A stretch of DNA of 64,000 bases, from contig CAVQXP010000004.1 of NCBI GenBank assembly GCA_963717935.1, positions 512,001-576,000 on the forward strand, given 5' to 3'. The stretch's first letter is position 1; each line of letters opens with the position of its first letter. The notes beneath the pieces were generated by a model. That model was not told where the DNA came from, ran no database searches, and saw nothing but the letters and a program-made list of their open reading frames with translations. Source of the DNA: Candidatus Eiseniibacteriota bacterium. GTDB lineage: Bacteria; Eisenbacteria; RBG-16-71-46. Of this stretch, positions 42,035-50,675 are shown in pieces. Made by a program: the position numbers and the translations under genes.

Positions 42035-42495
42035 GCCTCCCGGGCGGGTCGGCGGGCTGCGCAGGCCGAGCACAGCCCGTAGACCACGAGCTGCTTGCCC
42101 GTGACCTCCTCGTCTCCCGACACGGAGACCCAGGGGAGCGACTGGTCGGTGAGGCAGCGCATCCGGCCGCAGCGCGTGCACTGGAAATGAGGGTGGTTGC
42201 CGGGACAGTCCCTCCCGAGCCGGGCGTGGGCGCAGAATCGCCAGGCGCCGTCCTGGTCCTGGACCCGGTGCACCAGCCCGGCATCCTGCAACGCCGTGAG
42301 CGTGCGGTACAGCGTGACCCGGTCCAGCGCGGCCAGCCCGCGAGCCTTCGCGATCTCGCTGTGAGCCAGGGGGTGGCCCTTCTGCGACAGGAAACGCAGC
42401 ACCGCATCGCGGGCGGGGGTGCAGCGCAGCCCGGAGCCCTTCAACAACTCGCGGACCTTCGATGGGAGGCCTGGAGGAACGCGGGATGCGGACAC
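42031..42495 (-). CDS. Fur-family metalloregulator (Zur-like)
   Basis: GLRCTPARDAVL, DRVTLYRTL, HPHFQCTRCG, GLCSAC. Start codon uncertain. Confidence 0.9.
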   Translation of the reverse strand: MSASRVPPGLPSKVRELLKGSGLRCTPARDAVLRFLSQKGHPLAHSEIAKARGLAALDRVTLYRTLTALQDAGLVHRVQDQDGAWRFCAHARLGRDCPGNHPHFQCTRCGRMRCLTDQSLPWVSVSGDEEVTGKQLVVYGLCSACAARRPAREA

Positions 42496-42561
42496 GGGCG
42501 CGGACCCTCGACGACGGTGGCGGGACGGTGGCGCGCGCGGGCAGCGGCGCCGGGTCCCGCA

Positions 42562-42624
42562 ACGGTACCGCGCCCCACGGCCAGGTGCAACAAAGTTGCA
42601 TCTGCCCGCGGGCCCTGCTAGCGT
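42562..42624. promoter_or_regulatory. Fur/Zur-type operator TGCAAC-AAA-GTTGCA overlapping the -35 elements of two divergent promoters
   Basis: Palindrome 42586-42600. Plus strand: TTGCAT(42596-42601)-N17-TAGCGT(42619-42624). Minus strand: TTGCAC(42590-42585)-N17-TACCGT(42567-42562). Confidence 0.75.
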
Positions 42625-42689
42625 CCGCTGCCTTCGCAGGAAGTCACCCGCGACCCGCCGCCGGCCCCGGGCCGCCCCCGGAGACACCC

Positions 42690-44701
42690 ATGCCACCACT
42701 CGTCCGTCTGCCAATCGCGCTCGCCCTGGTCCTGCTCGCGCCCGCCACCTCGCTCGCAATGGAGCGCCCCGCCCCCCGGACACCTCGCGCGTCTTCCAGC
42801 TCGGGGCGATCGAGGTGGTGGCGCTGCGTCCGCGGGGTGCAGCCGCGCTCGAGGAGCAGGTCGCCGGCCCCGAACTGCACCGCGCGGGCCAGGTGGACTA
42901 CTCGCAGGCGCTCGCGCGCCTGCCGGGCCTGGCGATCACGAACGGCGGCAGCCGCAACGAGGCGGGGCTCTACCTGCGCGGCTTCGACCTGCGCCAGGTG
43001 TCCTTGTTCGTGGACGGGATCCCGGTCTACGTCCCCTACGACGGCTATGTGGACCTGCGCCGCTTCACGACGTTCGACGCCTCGCAGATCACGGTCGCGA
43101 AGGGCTTCAGCTCCATGCTCTACGGACCCAACGCGCTGGGCGGGGCGATCAACGTCCAGTCGCGGCGCCCGGCGTCGGTCCTCGACGCGAGCGGCGGGCT
43201 GGGCGCTTTCAGCGCCGATGGCTACGAGAGCTACGGGAGCGTCGGTTCCCGCCACGCCGGCTGGTACGCGCAGGCGTCGGGCTCGTACCTGCGCCAGCGC
43301 GGCTTCCCGCTGTCGTCGGACTACCGGGCGGTCCCGGAGCAGCCCGCCGGCGATCGCCTGAATGCCAGGCGGGAGGACTGGCGGGCGAGCGTCAAGCTGG
43401 GCCTGACTCCCAACGACACCGACGAGTACGCCCTGGTGGTCGCCACGCAGCAGGGCTCGAAGGGCAACCCGCCGTACACGGGGACCCTGCAGAAGGTGCG
43501 CTACTGGCGCTGGCCGCAGTGGGACAAGGACGATCTCTACCTGATCACGCAGACCGCGCTGCCCTGGCGCTCGATGCTCAAGGGGCGGGCCTACTATGAC
43601 CGCTTCCGCAACGAGCTGTGCTCGTACGACGACGCGACCTACACGACGCAGACGAAGAAGTCCTCGTTCCGGAGCTACTACGACGATCCGAGCGGCGGCG
43701 GCTCGCTCGAATGGTCGCTGCCGACCGGGGCGCGCAACACCCTGCGCACCGCCTTCCACGGCAAGTACGACCAGCACAAGTCGCACGACGCCGACGAGGC
43801 CGAGCGGATCGCCGAGGACCTGACGCTCTCGGGGGCGGTCGAGGACACCTGGAAGGTCTCGGAGTCGTTCGCCGGCGTGGCCGGCGTCAGCTACACGCAG
43901 CGCCGCGCGCTCAGCGTCACCGACGAGGAGAGCAACGCGCGCGAGGAGCTCCCGACCCCGACCGACGTGGCGTGGAACGGCCAGGGGGCGCTGCTCTGGG
44001 ACGTCGCCCGCGGCACGCTGCGGGCCAGCGTGGCCCAGCGCACCCGCTTCGCGACCATGAAGGACCGTTACTCCTACAAGGCGGGCAGCGCGATCCCGAA
44101 CCCCGACCTCGACCCCGAGACCGCGCTGCACTGGGAGCTGGCGTACACGGGCGGGCCGCTGGCGGGCCTGCAGACGCGCCTGGCGGTCTTCTACAGCCGC
44201 ATCTCGAACCTGATCCAGTCGGTGGACGAGGTGGCCTTCGCCGTGGACGAGGGCGACACCACGTGGCTCTCGCAGATGCGGAACATCGGCGACGCCCGCA
44301 GCGCGGGATTCGAGGTCGGGTTCGACGCCTCGCCCCTGCGGGCGCTGGGCGTGGGCGCCGCGTATTCGTACGTGGACCGGAGGAACCTGGATGCGCCGGA
44401 GATCAAGCAGGCCGGCATGCCCCGCCACAGCATCACGGCCCATGTGGACGTTGCCCCGGTCCGGCGGTGCAGCCTGCGGGCGAGCGTGTTCGGCTACGGC
44501 GAGCGCTACGCCACCAGCACGGGGCTCAAGCTCGCGCCCTTCGCGACCGTCGAGCTGCGGGGCACCGTCGAGGTCTGCCCGGGCACGAGCCTCGAAGCGG
44601 GTGTGGCGAACCTGCTCGACGAGCAGTACGAGCTGGACGAGGGCTTCCCGGAGGCGGGGCGGACCTATTTCACCGGGCTGAGGTTCGCCCTCGTCCGCTG
44701 A
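42690..44701 (+). CDS. TonB-dependent outer-membrane receptor (indel near 42775)
   Basis: Signal peptide, LGAIEVVA TonB-box-like segment, plug ALARLPGL..YLRGF..DGIP..LYGPNALGGAIN, NPDLDPE, NLLDEQY..GRTYFTGLRF. Confidence 0.93.
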
Positions 44702-44764
44702 GCGGGCGGGGGGCCGCGGTGGGCGGGGCGCCGAGGCCCCGGGCGTGACGGCGCCGGAGGGGCT

Positions 44765-45972
44765 TCAGTAGTCCCAGCGCGCGGTCGGGTGCGGGGGCCA
44801 GGCGTCGCCGCCGAAGCGCTCGCCGCCCAGGCGCGAGAGGGCCGAGAACATGGCCAGCTCGGGGGTGACGTTGCCCTCGATGGTGCGCAGCATCTCCTCG
44901 AGCACCAGAAGGCGGCGGCGGATCTCGGCGGGCTCGATGCGCTCCGCCTGACGGCGGATCTCGGTCTCGCGGTCGCGGTTCACCAGTTCCTCGCGCGGTG
45001 CGCCGTAGCGCGCGCGCAGCAGGTCGCGCAGCCAGAGCTGGTGGAACTCGACCATGCGGCGCAGCGTCTCTCGCCCGGCCCGGCCGAACTTCGTCATCCC
45101 CTGCACCGCCTTCCACAGCGCGGCCGGATCGCCCCGCAGCGCGGGCTCGAGCAGCGCGAGCGCCTGGTCGCGCTGCTCGAGCGGCTTGCCGTCGCGCAGC
45201 ACGAGAGCGCGCGCCAGCGAGCCGCCGGAGAGCGCGGCCAGCAGGCGCGACTCGTGGTTCGCGACCCCGACACGCTGCTCGAGGAACTGCTGGATCGTCG
45301 TCTCGGGCAGCGGGGCGAAGCGCACGCGCTGGCAGCGCGAGGGGATGGTGGCCGGCAGCCGCGCGGCCCGCGCGGTGGTCAGCACCCACACGGTCGAGGC
45401 GCCCGGTTCCTCGATGGACTTGAGCAGCGCGGAGTACTGGTCCTCGCGCATGCGGTCGGCGTCGCGCACCACCACGACGCGGCGCTCCGCCTCGTAGGGC
45501 CGGTAGGCCAGCTCGCGCAGCAGCTCGCGGGTGAGCGAGAGCCGGATCGAGGCGGCCTTGTCGTAGCTGGAAGACGAAGAACGGGTCCTCGCGCAGCGCC
45601 TGCTGCGTCTCGGCGACGGTGTTGTCGAGCAGCCTCTCCTCGCCCGAGACCGGGAAGAGGAACTTGAGGTCCGGATGCGTGAGCTGGGCCGACTTCTGGC
45701 AGGCGGCGCAGACGCCGCAGGCGTCGTCGGCCGGAGCGGCCGGAGCCAAAGCGGCCGCGGGCCCGTCGAACAGCCCGCCCTGTGGCCCCGGCGCCGTTGC
45801 GGGTCTCGCACAGCAGCGCGCGCGCGAATGCCAGCGCGGCCGTGCCCTTGCCGACCCCGGGCGCGCCCAGGAACAGGTAGGCATTGGCGTAGCGCCCCCC
45901 GGCCACGACCCCGCGCAGGAACGCGGAGGGGCCGGGCTGGCCGAGCAGTTCGGAGAGGCGGACGACCGTCAT
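44765..45972 (-). CDS. holB: DNA polymerase III delta-prime subunit (indels near 45785 and 45570)
   Basis: AYLFLGAPGVGK, CGVCAAC..HPD, ALLKSIEEP, LPATIPSRCQ. Confidence 0.9.
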
Positions 45973-46073
45973 GCGGGCAGGATACACGGCCGGGCGTGGC
46001 CGAGCGGAGCGCGGGCGCGGACGACACGCGGAGCGGACCGAAGGAGCGCGGCCGGGTGACGGAGGACCGGCGC

Positions 46074-47319
46074 CTACCTCAGCCAGTCCTCCGGATCGAG
46101 CGCGCTGCCGCCGTTGCGGACCTCGAAGTGCAGCACCGTGCCCTTGAGCGAGGTTCCGCTGTCGCCGACACGGCCGATGGCCTGCCCGGCCGGCACCTCC
46201 TGGCCCTGCTTGCACCAGGATCTCGGAGAGGTGGCCGTAGAGCGTGTAGTAGCCGCTGCCGTGGTTCACCACGATGACCTGGCCGAAGGCGGCGAAGTCG
46301 TCGCTGGTGAAGTCCACGCGGCCCCGCGCCACGGCGCGCACGCCGTGCCCGCGGCCGCGGCGATGTCGACGCCGTTGTTGAGCGTGGTGGTGCCGAAGCG
46401 CGGGTGGCGCTCCGGGCCGAAGCGTCCCACCACGCTGCCCTCGACCGGCCAGTCGAGCTGGCTGCGGGCCCGCGCGAAGTCGCCGGTGTAGGGCTCGGCT
46501 GCGCGCCCGCCGGCGCGGCGGCGCTGCGTCCTCGGCCTGGCGCTGGCGCTCGAGCCGGGCCAGCAGGTGCTGGATGTCCTTCGCGGTCTTCTCCAGCTCG
46601 GCGGCGGCGGCCTCGTAGGTCTTGCGCTGGGTGCGGATCTGCGTCACCTGCCGCTCGCGCTGCGTCGTCAGCTGGCCGAGCCTGCGGTTCTGCGCCGCGG
46701 TCTGCTGCTCGTTGTTGCGGATCTCGCCGAGGTTCACCTCGAGCTGCTGCTCGGTGGCCTGGACCTGCTCCTTCTTGCCCACGATGTCCTCGAGCAGCAT
46801 GCGATCCTGCTCGGCCACCATGACGATGAAGTCCCAGCGCGCCAGCAGCTGCGCGAACGAGCGCGTCGAGAGCAGGAACTCGAGCTCCCGGTCGGCGCCC
46901 GACTTGTACATGCTGCGCAGGCGGCGCGCGAGCTTCGCCTTCTGCTGCTCGAGCGCGAGCAGCGTCTGCTGCAGGGTCTGGCGCGTGACGCCGAGCTGCT
47001 GGCCGAGCGCGCCGCGACGGTTCTGCAGCGAGCGCAACCGGCGGCGCGTGAGGTTGAGATCGCGCTGGGTGCGGCGCAGCTGGCCGAGCGCCTGGGTCTC
47101 CTTGCCCTGGAGCCGGCTGGCCTGCTCGCGGCTCTCGCGGGCCTGCTGGTTGATCTCCTCGAGTTCGCGGCGCTTGGAGGTCTCGAGGCGCAGTTGTTGC
47201 TCGCGGGGGCTGGCCGCGGCGTTGTCCGACGCCGGGGACTGCGGGCGACCGGCCGTGGGAGCGAGCAGCCCGATCAGGAGCGCGGCCGCGAGCGCCAGCG
47301 CGGGGCGCCGCGGGCTCAT
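46074..47319 (-). CDS. envC: EnvC-like murein hydrolase activator (coiled coil + degenerate M23), frameshifted
   Basis: Signal peptide, long coiled coil, LDWPVEG, NNGVDI, YYTLYGHL, LHFEVR..DPEDWL. Follows ftsEX. Confidence 0.85.
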
Positions 47320-48173
47320 GGGCCGGCCGAGCGGAGCGTGCGCGCGAGGGCGAGGGCGGCGGCGGCCCACGCGAGCAGGGCGGCCCCGCCGAGGAAGGCC
47401 GCGATCCAGGCCGGCGGGAGGAAGGTCACGTGTACGATCTGTTGCACGGCGAATTGCTCGAACGTGAAGAGCAGGCCGAGCGCCGCGAGCGCCGCGACCA
47501 GGGTCTGGCCCACGGCCTCGAGCGCGAAGGGGGTGGCGATGAAGCGGTCGGAGGCGCCGAGGCGGATCATGATCTCGACCTCGCGGCGGCGCGCCATCAC
47601 GGTCAAGCGGATGGTGTTGTAGATGATCAGCACGATCGCGAGCGCGACGGAGATGTCGACCACCAGCGAGCCGCGCGCGAGCGTGGCCTGGAGTTCGTCG
47701 AGCCGCCGCACCCACTCGCCGCCGTAGCGCACGTCCTCGACCTCCGGGAACTGCGACACCTGTTTCGCGGCCTGCTCCATCGCCGTGTAGTTGAGCAGTT
47801 CGGGACGCAGCCGCACCCGCAGCGAGGCGGGCAGCGGGTTCTGGTCCACGGCCTGCAACAGCTGCGGGTCGCCGACCTGCTGCGAGAACTCCTCCCAGGC
47901 CTGTTCTCGGCTCACGAAGGTGGCGGTGCCGTAGAGCTCGGTGAGGCGCACGATCAGCGCGTCGCGCTGTTCGACGGTGACCTCGTCGCGCAGGTAGACC
48001 ACCATCTCGCGCCGGTCGCCGATGAAACGCACCGCGGACTGCGCGTTGTGCGTGAGCAGCAGGAAGATGCCGCACAGCAGCAGCGTCGCGGTGAGGGAGG
48101 TCATGGCCGTCGACGCCAGCCCCGGGTGATGGCGGAACGAGCGCCAGGCTTCGCGCAGGAAGTAGACGTGCAC
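47316..48173 (-). CDS. ftsX: cell division ABC permease FtsX
   Basis: YFLREA..R, NPLPAS, VEDVRYG, NTIRL..ARRREVEIM.RLGAS..FI..PF.LE. Confidence 0.93.
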   Translation of the reverse strand: MHVYFLREAWRSFRHHPGLASTAMTSLTATLLLCGIFLLLTHNAQSAVRFIGDRREMVVYLRDEVTVEQRDALIVRLTELYGTATFVSREQAWEEFSQQVGDPQLLQAVDQNPLPASLRVRLRPELLNYTAMEQAAKQVSQFPEVEDVRYGGEWVRRLDELQATLARGSLVVDISVALAIVLIIYNTIRLTVMARRREVEIMIRLGASDRFIATPFALEAVGQTLVAALAALGLLFTFEQFAVQQIVHVTFLPPAWIAAFLGGAALLAWAAAALALARTLRSAGP

Positions 48174-48175
48174 GT

Positions 48176-48901
48176 TCAGGCTCCCGGCGCCGGCGCCGCC
48201 ACCGTGCCGGACTCCCGGGGGGCGCAGGGTGAGCCGGCTGGTGCGGGGGCGTCCGCGAGCCGGCCGTCATCGAGCCGGAGGATGCGCCCGCCCAGCGCCG
48301 CGCCGAGGTCGAGGCGGGTCGTGACCATCACGAGCGCGGCGCCTTCGTCGTGGATGCGGCGCAGCAATTCGATGATCTCCTTCGCGCTGGCGGGCTCGAG
48401 CGCGCCGGTGGGTTCGTCGGCCAGGACCACGGCGGGGCGGTTCACGATGGCGCGCGCGATGGCCGCGCGCTGCTTCTCGCCGGCGGAGAGCTCGGACGGG
48501 TAGGCGCCCTGCTTCTGCTGCAGACCCACCTCGTCGAGCGCGTAGAGCGTGCGCGGCACGACCTCGGCATCGGCGAAGTGCCCGCCGATGCGCACGGCGA
48601 GCGCCACGTTCTCGAACACCGTGCGGTCGTTCAGCAACCGGAAATCCTCGTAGATGATGCCGAGCGTGCGCCGCAGCAGGGCGCGCCTGCCGCGCGCCAG
48701 GCGCGCTCCGCGAAAGGTACCGACGGTGACGGCGCCGGAGGTGGGCGCGATCTCGTGGGTGATGAGCCGCAGCAGCGTGGTCTTGCCGGCGCCGCTGGGG
48801 CCGGCGAAGACCACGCATTCGCCCTCGTCCATGTGCCACGAGACGGAATCGAGCGCCATGCGCTCCCGGTAACGTCTGGACACCTGCTCGAAAGTGATCA
48901 T
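48176..48901 (-). CDS. ftsE: cell division ABC ATPase FtsE
   Basis: GPSGAGKTT, DFRLL..RTVFENVA, LSAGEKQR, ADEPTG. Upstream of ftsX. Confidence 0.9.
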   Translation of the reverse strand: MITFEQVSRRYRERMALDSVSWHMDEGECVVFAGPSGAGKTTLLRLITHEIAPTSGAVTVGTFRGARLARGRRALLRRTLGIIYEDFRLLNDRTVFENVALAVRIGGHFADAEVVPRTLYALDEVGLQQKQGAYPSELSAGEKQRAAIARAIVNRPAVVLADEPTGALEPASAKEIIELLRRIHDEGAALVMVTTRLDLGAALGGRILRLDDGRLADAPAPAGSPCAPRESGTVAAPAPGA

Positions 48902-48959
48902 CGGCGTCAACCTAACAGATGGTGCGGGTCGCGGGGGAGCGCGTCATCGGGCCTCCGGG

Positions 48960-50363
48960 CTAGAGATCGCGGATCTCGACGTGGGCCTTGGCGCGCAGGC
49001 CCCGGACCCACTCGTCATAGCGCTCCTTGAACTTGATCTGCCCGACCGCCTCGGGGAGCTGCTCCTTGATCTCGTCGAGCGTGTACGGCCGCTCCGGCCT
49101 GCGGTCCCCGACCTTGAAGATGTTGAAGCCGGCCTGGTTCTCGAGCGCCTCGCTGACCTGGCCGACTTCGAGGGTGTCGAGCCCCGCGCGGATCTGCGGC
49201 ATGAGCGCGCCCAGGGAGATGAAGCCGATGTCGCCGTCCGGGCCGGTCGGCGCCTGATACCGGCTGTAGCGGCGCACCAGGGTCCCGAAGTCCACGCCCT
49301 TGGCGGCTTCGGTGCGGACGCGGTCGGCCAGCGCCTTCGCGCGCGCGCGGTCGGCGTCCGTGGTCTCGACCCGGATCAGGACGTGGCGCGCATGGACCTC
49401 GGGGATGACCCTGCCGTTGGAGTCGAGGCTGTCTCCGCCCGCGACGGTCTTGAGCGTGTCCCGCTCGAGCACCTGCACGAGGTGCCAGCCGTAGGGGCTC
49501 TGCACCGGCTCGCTCACCTTGTTGAGCTCGAGGCTGAAGGCCGCCTGCTCGAGCGCGGGCTCCATCGTACCCCGGGAGAAGAAGCCGAGGTCGCCGCCGG
49601 CCCTCGAAGAACCGGTGTCGTCCGAGACCTCGGCCGCGACCTTCGCGAATTTCTCACCGCCCTCGATCCGCTTGCGGATCCCCAGCGCCCGCTGGTGCGC
49701 CAGGGCGTCGGCCGTCGAGTCGGGCGTGACCGGAATCTGGATCACGGAGAGACGGACCTGGCCGGGGGCCAGGGGGAACTTGGCCGGATTGGCCGTGAAA
49801 TACGCTTCGGCCTCCGCCTGTGGCACCGGCCTGCGCGGCAGCGCCCTCTGCACCATGCGCTGCGCCAGTTGCTGGCGGCGGGCCTCCTCGCGGTACTTCG
49901 CGCGCAGCCGTTCCTCGGTCAGGTTCTCCTTCGCGAGTTGTTCCTGGAAGCCGGCGGGTCCCATGCGCTCCTTCGCGTCCTGGATCGCCTTCTCGACCTC
50001 GCGGGTCACTTCGGCCTCGCTCGCCACCAGGGCCTGGCGCTTTGCCTCGGCCACGACGAGCTTCTCGTTGATCATCTCCTCGAGCACCTGCCGGCGCAGC
50101 GTGTCCACCGTGGCCGAGTCCGGGCGCAGTTGGTTGCGCATCACGAACAGGTAGACCTGCTCCTCCACGTCGCTCTGCAGCACGACCTCGTCGTTCACCA
50201 CGGCGGCGATGCCGTCGAGGTGCTGGGCGCTCGCGGCCGGGGTGGTCCCCGGGGTTGCGGGGTGCGCCGTTGCGGTGGTGCGGGGCTTCGCGGTCTGGGC
50301 CAACGCGGGCAGGACCGCGATGGCAAGCAGGAGGGCGGCGAGCGCCCAGCGCGAGGACTTCAA
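48960..50363 (-). CDS. surA: SurA-like periplasmic chaperone / parvulin PPIase
   Basis: GGAGG RBS and TTG start, signal peptide, DGIAAVVNDEVVL.SD, two parvulin domains (GGDLG..M..SPYGWHL; ARHVLI..GDIG). Confidence 0.85.
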   Translation of the reverse strand: MKSSRWALAALLLAIAVLPALAQTAKPRTTATAHPATPGTTPAASAQHLDGIAAVVNDEVVLQSDVEEQVYLFVMRNQLRPDSATVDTLRRQVLEEMINEKLVVAEAKRQALVASEAEVTREVEKAIQDAKERMGPAGFQEQLAKENLTEERLRAKYREEARRQQLAQRMVQRALPRRPVPQAEAEAYFTANPAKFPLAPGQVRLSVIQIPVTPDSTADALAHQRALGIRKRIEGGEKFAKVAAEVSDDTGSSRAGGDLGFFSRGTMEPALEQAAFSLELNKVSEPVQSPYGWHLVQVLERDTLKTVAGGDSLDSNGRVIPEVHARHVLIRVETTDADRARAKALADRVRTEAAKGVDFGTLVRRYSRYQAPTGPDGDIGFISLGALMPQIRAGLDTLEVGQVSEALENQAGFNIFKVGDRRPERPYTLDEIKEQLPEAVGQIKFKERYDEWVRGLRAKAHVEIRDL

Positions 50364-50675
50364 CGTGACCTCCAGGGAATGACGGTGGGGCTGCGCGCAG
50401 GACTCCGCGCCGCACGAATGGGTCCGGGGGCCGGGCGGATGCCCTGGCCCCTCCGATTGGAAGCGAGGTGGCAGTATAGCGACTCCTCCCGCCGGAGCCT
50501 ATGCGCTGGCGAGCCCCCCGGCGGCCCCGCCCGGGGCTTTCGCCCCCCCAACTACCGCGCTCGTCCGCTGCCGGGAGCCCCCTCCCTGGTCCGGGGTATC
50601 CTGATCGTCGTGGACCGCCCTCTCTCCTCGTCCGTGCCCGTTGATGGACCTCCCTCCGTATGGGAGAGTCCCCTC

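Noticed and set aside
42625..42690. Cobalamin riboswitch upstream of the TonB-dependent receptor or ECF operon
   Set aside because: The leaders are too short (about 60 nt) and lack the B12-box and GCCACTG / GGGAAG elements.
46074..46460. Missing zinc ligands in the M23 domain as a novelty
   Set aside because: A degenerate LytM site is the normal state for EnvC-type activators next to ftsEX.
45379..48270. Apparent EnvC-HolB fusion (963-aa ORF)
   Set aside because: Produced by indels in the envC 3' region. envC has a stop at 46074 and holB has its own -10 and ATG.
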